A stretch of DNA of 61,097 nt, the filler included, from Sphacelaria rigidula (lineage: Eukaryota): the NCBI GenBank assembly GCA_964200075.2. It is 8 parts of 8 records of this genome, joined end to end, with 100 filler letters (N's around TTAATTAATTAA, not from the genome) between each part and the next. Parts side by side here need not be neighbours in the genome. Positions count along the whole stretch, not along the records: positions 1 to 7,550 come from CAXNAA020014375.1; positions 7,651 to 15,200 come from CAXNAA020014376.1; 6 more parts are not named here. One strand, 5' to 3'. The number at the start of each line of letters is the position of its first letter. Within the stretch, counting starts at the first letter, position 1. The position numbers were made by a program, and so were the translations under genes. The notes beneath the pieces were generated by a model. It searched no databases. It was not told the DNA's origin and saw only the letters and a program-made list of their open reading frames with translations. Below, in pieces: positions 1 to 12,787 of the stretch.

Positions 1-235
1 ACTCATTGTAGGCTGTCACCCTAATGCAAGATAATCAGTAGGCTTCGGGCCGAACGATCTTAGCAGGATGCAGCTCGCCCTTCATGCGACTCGCCGAAAA
101 CACCACGGTGCTTCGCGCTTCGTGATTAAGTGCGAGCCTGGTCCGGCGAAAACCCAGCGTGCTCCGTCCCGGCTTCGTAGGGATGCGAGGCCAATGGTCT
201 CTTGACTATGGCATGCATGACCATGAGTACACCCC
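1..235 (+). mobile_element. Dispersed retroposon family A (SINE-like or short non-autonomous non-LTR element), 5'-truncated at contig start
   Basis: Aligns by eye with 35000-35270, 50740-51025, 52232-52490 (+) and 38018-38150, 38251-38325 (-). Ends ...GCATGCATGACCATGAGTACACCCC. Confidence 0.8.
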
Positions 236-935
236 ACCCCAGCCCCCTTTTTGTAGCACCGTGCAATCTGTCACGGCCGAGTTCAGTTTTGATTCGCACC
301 CGGTGCTGCATGAACTATGTTCACGGTATTACCGACAACAGTGATCTCAAACAAAGAGAGGCTGCTCTTTGTAGCGTTGGGATTACCGGCGTTGAAGATC
401 GGCCGGGGGGAAGGGTTCTGTGGAGGCCATGGCGCCCAAATTTTCAAGTCAGGTGTCCCCGGACGCTTGTTGACTGAAGGGATGCTAAAATATAATGACT
501 GGTGTCGAGGTGAAAGGTTCAGGTCTCGCGCATGGGGCAACTCGCATATCATGCCGTCCGTCCTCTACTGATGACAAGTGTATATCATGGAATGTGCGAG
601 ATCCTCGTATCTTACAAATCATCAGTGAGTCATATTTGCGAACCACGTTTTTTTTTTCGGAGTGCATCTTGTGTTGACGCAGATTGTGGAAACACATCAA
701 TCGTTATCGGATTTCTCCCATGTGTGACGGGTTTTCGAAGGCCCTCCAAAACCTGCAGAGCACCCTGCGACACCAGTTTCTTCTTGATTTTCGTGAGCGT
801 GTTAGTCCTTTGTTCTTTCATTGAAGAATTGCCTACCGCCTTTCTGACAAGATACACTTTTCGCATCCCCAACCACGCCGACTCCCTCCGTGTGTACCTT
901 CGCGTCTCAACAACGACTGCACACCACCTACACAG

Positions 936-3900
936 CTCTGTGCTGCGCATGGTTTCAAACATTGCCGTCTTTGGAGGCAACGGGCTGACTGGTTCTGAAG
1001 TGGTGTATCAGGCGCTCAACCGAGACTGCAAGGTCACTGCATTCTGTCGCGACCCGTCCAAGCTCAAGGTATCCACCGACGTTGTCAAGACAAGCTAGCA
1101 GGTTTCAGATTTCCCTGTCCAGGTTGCGATACGCGGGTTCTGTGGGTAGATCACTTCGGGAATTCGGAGCACCTCGCGTGTCATCTGTACGTTCAGGTTT
1201 ATATTGATGATCAAACCACGAAACCAGCTGATTGTTGCGCTGTGCTTGACCCGAACGACTGCGCTGTGCAACTCCTGCAGGTCCCAGCTGGAAGTGGCGG
1301 GGATAAGGCGGGGGCCGCAATCCAGAGCCCGAATCTCAGAACTGTTGAGGTAAGAAAGAGTGGGTGCAGCTTCCTGTCTTGGCCTTCATCCTATGAAGTA
1401 TTTTCGATCCTTCCCCTTTCTCGGGACGAGCCCGCGGTCTCGAGGAATCAACCCATCTCTCGTCCGGTACACGCCTTGAGTTTTGGTCTGGCGGATTAAA
1501 TCAGCACTCTCGCAGCGCGTCGCGTCTCATCAAACAAACTCAGTCAAGACAAACTCTGGTGGGAATCTGACTCGCGCACGTATCACCCCCAATGGCGTCA
1601 GTTAAACCATTATGGACCATTAGACCACGGGAGCGCGGCATTGGGTTGTATTACAGTATTGCTGGCACGTGGTGACCAGACCGCTTTATCATGGCGATAC
1701 AGACTTGCTCACGCTCATCACCCCAAATTCTCTTTTCAGCAAATGTGTTTCGCAACACCTCCCCAGTAGTCGCATGCATGATATAATCCTGACCGCCGAG
1801 GACGACTAGTTAGCCGGACTTTTGTTCAGCATCATAGCAGGGGTGCCGTGAGCAAAATGGTACCCACCAATCAGCGCCCTTCGTTCTGAAAGTATAATAC
1901 GAATCCCCATCCTAAATTTCCCTCGATGTCCACATGCTTCGAGTCTTGATCAGCTCGGGAATATAACGGAAGAATACAGAGTCGAGCACGGCTATTCTGC
2001 GATTGCGTTGTACTCAAAACCGTGGTATTTCGGTGAAGTGTGTTCTTGACGTCGTCGACTTTCCACAAATGATATATACCCCGTAGGCCCGGCAAGCCTC
2101 CTGATGATTTCCATTTTATCTGTCGTGAAAAAATCTCAGATTGACCCAAAAATGTTTGTGTAGCAGGTATCGGGGCTCCAAATGGAAATTCGTGATTAGC
2201 ATTACAAAGTCTCTCCGATCTTTGACGGCTGTTGGGGGTCCCGGCATGAAAACCCCCGGAAGCCGATACACAATGTTCAGAACAAGAAATGAAAACTGTA
2301 CGCGTCCCTGTGTAGTCCGAGAAATCCTTGCAACTCGTTTCGTTGCGTTACTCGAAAAAATGGATGCAGTGGGGTCGTTTTTACACCCTGGACGATACAT
2401 TACATCGTCAAAAGTGCACTGCGTGCGGTATCGTCTTTTGCGTCTTTGGCTGTAGACAAAAAATACACTCCATACTGTACGCAGTGCACTTATCGATAAT
2501 GTAATCTATTGCGCAGGGTATGGTCGTTTTCACGCCAAATGTACCCGAGAAGTCGCTTTTGTTACTAAAATTAAGTAGTCGGGAGGTTGTACCTTTCAAG
2601 CCCATTTAATCGCACAAGAGGAAAAACTCCATTCTGTTCGTCGGAGGTGAGCTTTCAGACTGTGCATATACTGCTAACTACGGAGTAACTTTTGAATATG
2701 GAGTTATTTCGATTTTTTTCTTGTCTTTTCCTCGATTATCGGGGGCCCAAGAAGGGCATGTGATCCTCCAGTACCCTGGAACCCCCAATAATAACCTACA
2801 GAGAACAAGGAGAAAAATGAGAAAAATAACCTCCTCGAAGTTTTGCACACCCTGCACAATATGTGGTCAACAGATGCAATGGACAAAATACGTCCTGGAT
2901 GTAGAGGCCCATTGCAAGTATTGACGGCCGAAAATAGTTGCAATAGGTCTGCACTTCACCCATTACACTTCTTCTCTATTGCATCTAATGACCATATATC
3001 GTCCAGGGTGTGAAGTCTTGTTATAACCCATAGTATATGTGTCCAACATTCAGAGTCTAGCTCGATATAATGGCGTGAAGTTTTGCGGATGAGCAGATTC
3101 AGAGCGAAAAACGTGAGTAAGCCTGTACATTTAACAGAGAAGAACTGTGGACCCTGCGCAACCGTCGTAGTTCACCGCTGTATATACCGTCAAGGGATAG
3201 TCTCCCACTGACACAGCACGACACATCTCATGTGCTGCTACCCACATGTGTGTGCCGTGGAGCAACTGCTCATGTTTTTCCCCCGTTCACCCTACAAATG
3301 TTCGTGTTTATAGCGCTACACTGACGAGATGTGCCGGTTGGAGGCAACGAAAGGTCCGCCTCTTGCCATCACCGGAATGGTCATGCTTCTTTCCCATATC
3401 ATCGGCAATATCACGAAATGCTGCGCTGTGGAGTGTGTCGACACCGTAACTCGTACCTCTGATTCGCTTCGCGTTTTATGCTTGGGCTACGTTTTGCTTG
3501 GATTGACTCCAAGTACCTTATCAGGAATATCAACAGTGTACTCCTCATGTCATTTGCGCAAAAAGTTCCACCAAGGTATTCCCCTCTCACCCCCGCCCAC
3601 CACCCGTTGACATATCATCGGCTATCGTGACACGCTACTCTGTCACCAGGGTACCGTGACAAACCTTGAGGACGTACGAAAGGTTTTCGCGGACGGAGAT
3701 ATCACGGGCGTGGTGATCGCTCTGGGAGGCAAGACGGCAGACGTCGGCAAGACCATGCTAACGGACGGCACCACCAATATTATCACGGCCATGAAGGAGA
3801 AAGATGTTTCCAGAGTGGCGGCCGTGACGAGCATTGGAGCGGGAGACAGCGAGAACCAGGCGCCGTTCTTTTTCAAGGTGAAGGAACGCGGGTGCCGTGA

Positions 3901-5806
3901 GGGGGAAGACATGAAAAGATACGGAGATGTGGACCCACTGGACGCATTCACAGCGGCGGCCAGATGCAACAGATAATGGGGATCATGCGCTTACTTTTTC
4001 AACTCGCGTGCGAGCGTGTGTACGTACTAGTCTGTTGTTGCGGTTGGCTCAGCGATATTTGCCGCTTCTCCTGCGTTGAGACTGTCGTGCTCTGCTACTG
4101 GGGACGAGGCGGACCGGCAGCTTCAGAAGCAGGATCGTACCACGGCCTCGACTCGCGGCACCATGTTTTGTTCAGTGGCAAATCCGGGAACTGTACGCAA
4201 TATGTCGTGCTCAGTAGATCGTTGGATAAGTCCACTTTACACGTACTATTTCAAGTGGGTGTCCGGTTTTCCTCTGTACGACTGCGTCGACCGTTTGCTT
4301 TCCAGCCCCGTAATCTGCGATATCCATGTTGCACGCTAGTGACTACTTGATACACTATAGCCGTGCTCCCTTTCATCGGCCGCCCTCACACGCATCGCTC
4401 GTGTACAGGTGCTGATGTACACAGCGATGAAAAGCATTTTTGAAGACAAGAACAGACAAGAAGCTCTTTTCTTCAGTGGGCCCGGCAAAGACCTCGAGGT
4501 ACAGCGCATGCTTGGCATGCGAAGAAGAGTTCTTGATGTTGCTGCTGCTGTGTAGTGTGGATTCTGTGTTTTTCGTGATTCTCGGCTGAAAGGCACAGTC
4601 AAGTTGTTGATGTCCTGGACACGCATGATGCAATAGCTACGGCGTGATGCGGTCTTTTTTTCGTGCCTCTCCCTTCTGTGCATTTTGTAGCATGTCATAT
4701 TTGACGAGTGCACGCTACGGTGCCCTGCACATGAGCCCGCAGTTTCCTTGTCCTCTTCATTAGTGACATCACCCAACATGCCCGGAGTGGCAGGAGCGTG
4801 GGGTCTCCGCTGTTGATCCGCATCAGGTTGAATCCTCCGTCGAGCCTGCTCGCCTCCGCGCCACCCAAACCCGCGATCTGGTCTGTGCGACCAATGGTAC
4901 TGGGCGTGGAATGGGCAAATACGCTGCCGAGCCACACTTGGTGCCGTAGCAAGGAGCGGGTGGCGCGGTGACTGCTATTTTGATGTCGTTGCCCCACCGA
5001 GGGCGTGCGAGCTAGGGCATGCAAAACATGAGTACCCCCCCGCCCCCAGTCACCATCCACCCACACCTGTTGGACCACCTTCCATCACAAGCTCACTGAT
5101 CCATGGTTGCTTACTCTCGTTTTTGAACGTTGTCCCTGGCCACGCTTGAACAATAACCTGAACATGAACGATGGTGATATCACGGCCGTGCGCGATCGTG
5201 CGTGCGATCGTGTGTGTCAGTTTACTATTGTACGACCGGGCGGCCTTACCGTGGAGCCCCCGACGGGCGTCATCAATGTCATCAAGGGAGAGGTGAGCAT
5301 CCCTCTGTTTTCGTCTGATGGTGTGCAGATGAGGGGGAGGTGGGTGAGGGCGTAATGTGCAGTGGTGCTGTTCCGATTTTCCCCCCAACCTCGGCGATAC
5401 TGCTGCGCGTTTTGCTTTTCGCAAGTATTCCGGGCGATGATGCGGCGATAATTCCCCGTGACAGCTTTGCCGTATGTAGCGTACCTGGAGAGCACTGGTA
5501 CGAACCTAGTTGTGGGATACTGAAACCTGACTGCTTGGTCACCATGTCGGTCAACAGAAGGCGGAAAGGGCGAAGCAACAGGTATCATGGTACAGCGCAC
5601 TTGTCTTGTTGCCATCACCATTTCTCATTGCGCGCGTGGCTTGACAGGCCGGCTCGATTTCGCGTGCTGATGTGGCTGACTTCATTCTGGGCGCGGTGGA
5701 AGATGCAGACTTCCCTTACCTCAAGCAAGCCCCGTGCATTAGCTCGGTGGGCGGAACAAGCTGGGTGAAGGATCGCTCGAAGGCCGCTCGCGGCGAGATG
5801 GCTTAG
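936..5806 (+). CDS. NAD(P)H-binding Rossmann-fold oxidoreductase, flavin reductase/BLVRB-like atypical SDR (6 exons seen, 5' exon probably missing)
   Basis: Exons 936-1068, 1281-1349, 3650-3877, 4409-4498, 5221-5292 and 5648-5806; all internal introns are GT-AG and phase 0. Spliced protein: (SVLR)MVSNIAVFGGNGLTGSEVVYQAL..VTAFCRDPSKL..VVIALG..GTTNIITAMKE..VTSIGAGDS..KNRQEALF..FTIVRPGGL..SISRADVADF..EMA*. The GxxGxxG, TIVRPGGL and ISRADVA motifs are typical of this family. Confidence 0.92.
1400..1550. repeat. Dispersed repeat, second copy at ~31395-31550
   Basis: Shared TCGGGACGAG(C/T)CCG(C/T)GGTCTC..AACCCATCTCTC..CCGGTACA..TCAAACAA(A/C)CTCAGTC in both places, on different contigs. Confidence 0.7.
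2384..3010. mobile_element. Intronic MITE/non-autonomous DNA transposon with 14-bp TIRs
   Basis: CACCCTGGACGATA at 2384 and its exact reverse complement TATCGTCCAGGGTG ending at 3010. Flanked by TA (left) and TG (right); no coding capacity. Confidence 0.6.
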
Positions 5807-7550
5807 GAGTTAGTTTATCTTGTCATGGCTCATGACCCTATTTTGCTCTCTGGTTTTGTCCAGACCTGTTGGGCTGTCGATGTCGATGTCAGAAGTAGTG
5901 CATGCGTATGTGTTATATCCACTTCGCTTATTGATTGTGCCACGGACACGGCCTTGTTTTTCCCGTTAGCGCTACGGATTTTTTCACGTGAGGAAGTGAG
6001 GGTCAACATCACGGTAGATTGTCAACGTCCATGCTGCCAAGAGCAGCGAAAAGATGAGTGGCTGTGGTATATTACGCACGAGAGAGCCGTAGTCGGTTAT
6101 CGCATGAGACGAAAGCGTTGTTGAAGCAGTGGACACCGCGTGTTGAGAACACGCTGATGCCGTGTTTCGGTTGTTCGGTGGGCGTGTTTTCTTCACTGTC
6201 TCTGAGAGCGCCAACCAATTTGCTTTTGCAAGGTGGGCAGGAACATACGTGCATCGGAAATGTCTTCGGGCTCATTTCGGTACGAATAACGAGGGTGTGT
6301 GTTTTGTCATTCCATCTATTCGGGACGTCATTGCGTCAATTCCGTACGCCAGTCTACACCTTTCCGTGTACGTGGTTGTATCAGCGGAGTCACTCACAAG
6401 GAAAGTCAACACAGGAGATTTATTTCTGCAGCTCTCGACCTTCCTTCGGAGGTGTCTGCCTCACTCTTTATCGAGGCAAGGGTTCAGCGGTCCCTTTCCC
6501 TCATCAACCGTGACGTCGAAGTTTGTGTGCGCACTCCATATCCCCCCTCTCCCGTTGATCATGATGTGCTAATGAATTTTTCACTGCATGGGTTTTGCGG
6601 GGCCGGAACTCTACGGTTGAAACAAACACGGATGGCCCCCGGTAGCAGCATGATGGTCACTGTCCATGCCATCCCCCGAGACTCGGTAGACTGCTCCAGT
6701 GAGGGTGTCGGTACGTGATGCCAGATAGTTGGCCGCAGTCATGGCCATGTGTGGAAAGTTCTGGGCTGTGAAGATACGGACTAAAGCGCCGCGACACGAA
6801 AATACACAAATCGCTCATTAAAGTGCCATGCCCTCCGGCAAGGGCTTTGTAAAAGCGATAGAAGAAGCACGTCCCGGTGAGGTGTGGCCTCAACAGTGAC
6901 TCGCGTACCGCTGTTTCGTGTGTACGGTGAGAATCGCAGTGTGCCCCGCCCCAGCGGGACGCAAGAGTATGACACATGGAATGTACTCGACTGTACCATA
7001 ACCGATAAATCCGGAACATCCCCCCAGCCTTTGAATAAGGCTAAGCGAAAGAAATGTGGGAAACGAAGCCTGTGCATCAACACCTGAAATAAGGAAACGA
7101 AAAAAACCTGCCACTAATGTTGCAGGGGAAAACTCGGTATCTGATAGATGGGTGAACCCCGTTAGGCGGGGGAAACCCTCTCCGTTAAAAATGGAAAAAA
7201 AATCTCTAGCGCTCTTTCCAAACGACAGAAACCGCAGACAAGTGCGATCGCTGTCGTTTTCCCGGGATCTCAGTTAGACCGGAAAACGATTAGCTAATTA
7301 GCTTCATTGTAACTACTGATGTTTATGCTCCGAAGAATAGAGCCCATGCGCCTTGGCTCATAAATGTATTTGAATGTTACAAAATGGGAACTAGACAAGG
7401 CAAAGGAACGACAAAAGAAAAAGGAGACGAAAACAGGCACACTCGCAATTCATACTGAAGAGTACGGTACCAACAATTAACAGCCGATCCTAATTTTTGG
7501 GGTTGAAACATAAAATGAGGTTGAAGTCCCATCCCTCCATTGCAGGAAAG

Positions 7551-7650
7551 NNNNNNNNNNNNNNNNNNNNNNNNNNNNNNNNNNNNNNNNNNNNTTAATT
7601 AATTAANNNNNNNNNNNNNNNNNNNNNNNNNNNNNNNNNNNNNNNNNNNN
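7551..7650. other. Artificial contig spacer (N44-TTAATTAATTAA-N44); also at 15201-15300, 22851-22950, 30501-30600, 38151-38250, 45800-45899, 53449-53548
   Basis: Identical 100-nt linker with stops in all six frames occurs seven times. The intervening segments are 7550 or 7549 nt, consistent with length-sorted concatenated contigs. Confidence 0.97.
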
Positions 7651-8460
7651 AGAGAGCTTTCAACAGGATGCGGCGACCGGCGGGCCGCCCGCCACTTGTG
7701 GCTTTGGATGGTACTATTGTCCCCATCAGCTTACCAGACAGCCCTTTGTGGTCGGGATGGGCCACCATTTCCCTCTTTGTTGCTGCGACAAATTATCTTC
7801 GAAGGGTATGGGCGTTGCGGCGCACATACATACAGTGTAGTGCAGTGCAGTAAGCCTCTCCGACTGGAGCAGCAGTTGGCGTTGCATACTCCCTTGCACG
7901 TTCTGGGCAGTTCTCACCGGCGGAAATCAGCTGCCTATACATAGCTTGTTCATACATGTTTACAGTGTTCTGCAAGTCATCGGCAGAGAGATAATCAGAA
8001 TTCATCACGGTATCTCCTTTTGTCTTTCCACGGCCCACCTGGATTTAGTGCCTCGTGAAAATGACCACATTGTGGAATGTATACTCCTTCCCGGTGTGCC
8101 CCCCTCCCCCCTGGGTTAGTGTAATTACTACGTTTTAGTACAGGCTGGCATTCCAGAATAACTCCCTGGATATCCCAGAAACGCTACTCTGAATGCAAGT
8201 AATACGATATGCCATGCTCCGAGCATCCTGGCTTTGGAAACCTGGGAAGGCTTATCTGGGCCAGGGATAAGGCCCCCATACGATCTTGCGGTGACATCAC
8301 ACTCGGCAACAGTCCCCGCGCTGATCGTTCAGGTCTGGTAAAAAAAATTCGCCTTGCCGTGATTGGGCAGGTCGCTCCCTGACTTATTTTTTTATTATCT
8401 CACCAATACATGGTGAACCACGTGTTGGTGAGGGGTCGGTCCCGAAAGGGTCAGTTAATG

Positions 8461-8670
8461 GGGCGAGCACCCGAGTCATTGCTCGTGGTGGAAAAAAAGT
8501 AATGACTCGAGCGCACGAGTCATTGTTCGTTGTAAAAAAAGTAATGACTCGAGCACACGAGTCATTGCTCGTTCTAAAAAAAAGTAATGACTCGAGCACA
8601 CGAGTCATGCTCGTTGTGCTCTGAAAAAACATCCACGAGTGCACCCGTTTCGACGAGTATTGACTCGTCC
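8461..8670. repeat. Tandem array of ~42-43-bp units, each containing a 9-bp-stem hairpin
   Basis: AAAAAAAGT-AATGACTCG-AGC(G/A)CA-CGAGTCATT-G(C/T)TCGTT repeated, with AATGACTCG at 8501, 8543 and 8586, plus partial units at both ends. Confidence 0.9.
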
Positions 8671-8675
8671 GACGT

Positions 8676-8928
8676 GTGCACGTTTTGGTTCCGGAGCTCC
8701 CCTTGTAGCCGCACAAATATATGGGGCTCATTCTGCAACCCTACCCCTCTCGGAACCGGACTGCCAGAGACATGGTGTTGGCACGCGGGGGCCTTTTCGT
8801 GAATCGGCACCATTTCAGTCTTTCTCGAGTAAAATTGATGATACCGATTCACACAATGGTCCCTCCAACACCCCGAGTAGCCCCGAGAACCCTGTGAGCT
8901 AAAGAAAGCGCAACCCCTATCGTAGCAT
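8676..8928. mobile_element. MITE of the GCTACRATAGGGG-TIR family, left TIR missing
   Basis: Body aligns with the intact copy at 49404-49654 (CAAATATATGGGGCT.., GGGGCCTTTTC..ATCGGCA.CATTT). Right TIR AAAGCGCAACCCCTATCGTAGCAT at ~8905-8928. Confidence 0.7.
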
Positions 8929-9164
8929 CACTTGGTGAACGTTGCAATGACTACCGAAATCCATGGTTGAAAAATTAGTTGATTCTCATTTGTAAGCTGT
9001 CATACTCGGACCTTATACTGTACAGGGCTCACAGTCCCGAGACGCCCAGCATGGTGAGCACGCGCTTTGGCTCGATTTGACGCAAGTAATCCTCCCGATT
9101 TGAGTGAGCTCTGCCATTGACACACTTTGCCCAGGAAGCACACTGTGTGCATCCCCCTTCCCCT

Positions 9165-9234
9165 GCTCCGTCTCGAAAGGGATGCGTGGTCAATGGTCAA
9201 ATGACTAAGGCAAGCAACAAATGAGTACGCCCCC
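9165..9234 (+). mobile_element. 5'-truncated LINE 3' end (family B)
   Basis: GCTCCGTCTCGAAAGGGATGCGTGGTCAATGGTCAAATGACTAAGGCAAGCAACAAATGAGTACGCCCCC, identical to 61025-61097. Encodes ..APSRKGCVVNGQMTKASNK*. Confidence 0.8.
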
Positions 9235-11769
9235 TACCGAGAGGACCTCAGTATGTCTCGAGTTGGGGTTGAGATGGGTTTTTTAGTCTCATGAAGACGG
9301 TTTGACGAAGAAAACACACATGAAGCCATGGGTTCGGGAAGTAGGGTTGAGGAGGACTCCCCTCCCTTACCCGTAATGGCGGAGTGGAGGGAAGTGATTG
9401 ATCGACATGGAGCGAGCACCTAGCTGCCAATCCGAAGGGATAACCTAAAAAAAAGTTCCTCTAACTAAACGCGATGGGCATACAGGAAAATATACCAGGG
9501 TGTGTAACCCCCGACACCACAGTAGGTGGATGGGGAACGTGCTTAGCTCGTCGCTCCTCTTACTAGTCTTCTCTACTTACCCACTCGCTACAACTGCTAC
9601 TACGACCACAAAAAAAGCAAAAAAAAAACAAGTCAAAAGCCCCACCGCTCTTGTCGCTGCACCCACACACACGGACGCTACTACACAGTAACGTCCCCTG
9701 TAAAAAATCTGTAATAAATAGATATATAATACTTTACTCCCGAATTTCGGTTTGTTTTTCATCAACACAACGCAATTAGTTCGAGTATGGTCATTTTTAA
9801 ACATCCCTTGACTCTACATGGCGCCCGCCGACCGACAGCAGACAGACGAGATAAGAGAAAAATACGTGGAAAAAAAAGGAGAAACAATCACGGAAGAAGC
9901 AGGCGAAAAGCGGAGGGCAAAGATGGGAGAGGACAAGTGCGGTACACCCAGGTGTGACTCGAGACGACAAACATACTGCATTCTCCACGAAAAAGAGCAC
10001 AGCAAGAGGAGAAAAAGAAGAAAAATCCAAGACCTCAAGTCACCACGCCACGACTCAGGAAAAAAAGTAAATAGGAAAAACTGTCGCGTCTTCTTCCAAT
10101 CGTTCGTACTTATTGCGTGGAATCCTTGCATAGCTTTCGAATTGCTCCACGATAACGAGATAAGAGCAAGCAGTACGCCGCCCTCCCTTGAACCAACTCC
10201 CGATTGCCTGCCCGCCCCTGCACCCTCCCAGACAAAAGTACGGGCCTACGATAGCACCTGGGTATAGTTGTTGATACCCAACACGTCTTCTGGACGTTGA
10301 GTTACTATCCACTGCAGTTTCCAAGCAATCTACAGTCCAAACAGCTCTACAAAAGCAAATCGGTTCTCCAAGGAAACGACCAGAGGGGGAGGGGCGGAAG
10401 AAATGTCATATCCACATATCGTCTAACTGGTGCTACGGCAAACTGAGAACCAAATTTTGTCAACTCGCACACGGCGGCAACGTGGTCCCTGGGCAGTACT
10501 TTGAAAAAAAACGGTACAGTACGGTGGTGTCCCTATCTACAGCCGTAGCACTTGCTTGTGCCCTTGTTCCCTACCAAAGCGCAAGGCAAGCCGACGAAGT
10601 CACCCAAACAACTTGTCCATTTGACTGACGTGACGACTCCTACACTAGCGAGGGTTGGGGGGGGGAGGGGGGGGGTTAGCACTCCACGCATACAAAACGC
10701 ACAATATACCGTTGCTCGGCAACAGAGAATAACAACATACACAAAACGTAGAAAGGCAACAAGGAGATAAGTTGAAGTCATCATCTACCGAGCGTTATTG
10801 GAGCGAGGAGGCGAAGGGAATATTTTAGCGGAGAAATAAAAAATACTGGGGGGTATTTCGAAGTGCGGACAGACGTTACAGAGGCGTGTGTATGTGTGTG
10901 CACCTTACGCAGTAACCCACACATAATGGGTAATGCCCATATTTCGCTCCTCCGCTGTCTGTCATCTTGATTAGTATACCGACGGAAAGATTAAAAAGAA
11001 GAAAAAAAAAATCTCTTCGTCAGACGTGGGAAAATTAGAGAGCGTAGATGAAGTGAAAACCGCCAGACACAAAACACACACCAAACCAGCTTAAAACATA
11101 GATCAAACCACTTCTCAAATGAATCCATCGGCAATAGACGACAGACGACGCCAAGCTCCTTTATCGCACGTGTGAACAATGAACACTTCGTTACCCGCCA
11201 GGTGAACGGTCTCATAACTAAGGCGTGCAAAATCACGAGCACACCCTCTCACCCCAACCCAGCTGTGTTTCATGAATTCCGCTTCTTGTTATCCCCACGC
11301 GTACAGTGCTCCTTCACAAACCGACAGTGACTCTTCCACTCCGAACTCAAGACAGACCCGCCACCTCACTTTTATCAAACAAGTGTAACCCTAGACCCCT
11401 CTCCGATTTTTTCCTGGCTAAACACAAGGAAAAACAAAAATGAAAGACAAAAACAAAACATAAAATACAACAAAAACACGCCGCTTTCGCTTTTCCGCAG
11501 AAAAGAAAACGCTCAATAAGAGAGAGGTGTGTACGTGCATGTATGTGTGTGTGTGCGTTTGTTATTCATCGCAAAACAAAATCAACCAACACGCTCGTCA
11601 CTTGGATCGAGCTCATTTATGTTCCAACCCTTGTCGTCAAGGTTTCAAAGTGTATATATAGCCCTCAGCGATTATATGCCCTACCCCGTCGCCTCTCAGC
11701 AAACGTTAGATACCACCCGCCCTATGTACGCCGAATAACACCTCCCGCAATGCACTCCATCAACCACAT

Positions 11770-11938
11770 TTAAGAAGTAATCCTTGTGGTCAAGCCAATC
11801 CCGGAGCTTGTCCCATTTTGGCTGCTCAAAGCTGCTAGTCGCTCCTCGAGGGACTTAATTCGTGCCGTTTTTTCCTTGATCGTTGTGCGGTTTTTCTCCA
11901 ACGCATTCTTGAGCTGCTTCACGGCGTGCCCCAAATCC
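11770..11938 (-). CDS. Probable terminal exon of a coiled-coil hypothetical protein
   Basis: Pyrimidine-rich acceptor ..CATTCACCACAG at 11940/11939, then DLGHAVKQLKNALEKNRTTIKEKTARIKSLEERLAALSSQNGTSSGIGLTTRITS* with a heptad pattern. Upstream exons not identified. Confidence 0.5.
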
Positions 11939-12174
11939 CTGTGGTGAATGACAACAAGTCGTTTTTCCCGCCGCACAAGAACAGGGAGGGGGGAGGGGGG
12001 GAGGGGAACATTAATGAGATAAATGTGATCGAGGATTGAGAGCGCAAAAACAAAGACAAAAAACAACGTGCGGCAAAAATACCTGCAGGAAGCATGCGGC
12101 GAAAAAAAACATTCAAGAAGTTACACACAAAATATATTTGGGGCGTCCTTCACCGCGCAAGGGAACATGCAACG

Positions 12175-12367
12175 ACGGGACGGGACGGGACGGGACGGGA
12201 CCGACTTGGAAGGGACGGGATGGGGTTGGAAGGGACAGGACGGGACGGTAAGTGCAACCCTGAAATATGTCGAAAGATGATACGCAAAATCACGGGCCCG
12301 TCGCGTTCCGTTCCGTCCCGTCCCGGCGTTCTGTCTAGCAGCGGAAAAAGTACCCATCCCGTCCCGT
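12175..12367. repeat. (GGGAC)n / (GTCCC)n inverted-repeat element, MITE-like
   Basis: ACGGGACGGGACGGG.. and GGGACGGGATGGG on the left; CCGTCCCGTCCC and CCCATCCCGTCCCGT on the right in inverted orientation. Confidence 0.7.
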
Positions 12368-12622
12368 AACAAGGCTGTCTGTGAGCACTTTCTTCACACA
12401 GTAACTGGGAAAATGAAGGACAGCATGTCGCATATGCGAACGCTATCTACATGTACCGGATTCCGGTCTCTCACACCCAGGCAAATAATCGTAATCGTGC
12501 ACGCCTCGAGGGTGAATATAAGAGGACCCCCAACGTACTGGTCGTTCGCGTGTTATTAACAATAAGAAATCAAGTTACTACGTTACTTCGCTGACGAGAC
12601 GGATTGAAATGGGCAACATTTG

Positions 12623-12787
12623 GAGGCAAATCCGATTCAGAACATGCGCCTTTGAAGATGACAAACTTCCATTTGGAATACAGACAAAAGTTCGATACAT
12701 GATTTCGAGGCAAATCCGATTCAGAACATGCGGTTGTGAAGATGACAAACTTCCATTTGGAATATAGATAAAAGTTCGATATATGAT
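12623..12787. repeat. Tandem duplication, 84-bp period, 2 copies
   Basis: GAGGCAAATCCGATTCAGAACATGCG..GAAGATGACAAACTTCCATTTGGAATA..AAAAGTTCGATA.ATGAT starts at 12623 and 12707. Confidence 0.9.

Noticed and set aside
1-235. Hammerhead ribozyme (retrozyme) in family A
   Set aside because: No CTGANGA..GAAA core with flanking stems was seen in any copy by eye; an Infernal search would be decisive.
8461-8670. CRISPR-like array (palindromic repeats at a regular period)
   Set aside because: The sequence between palindromes is itself repeated (no unique spacers), there are no cas genes, and the context is eukaryotic.
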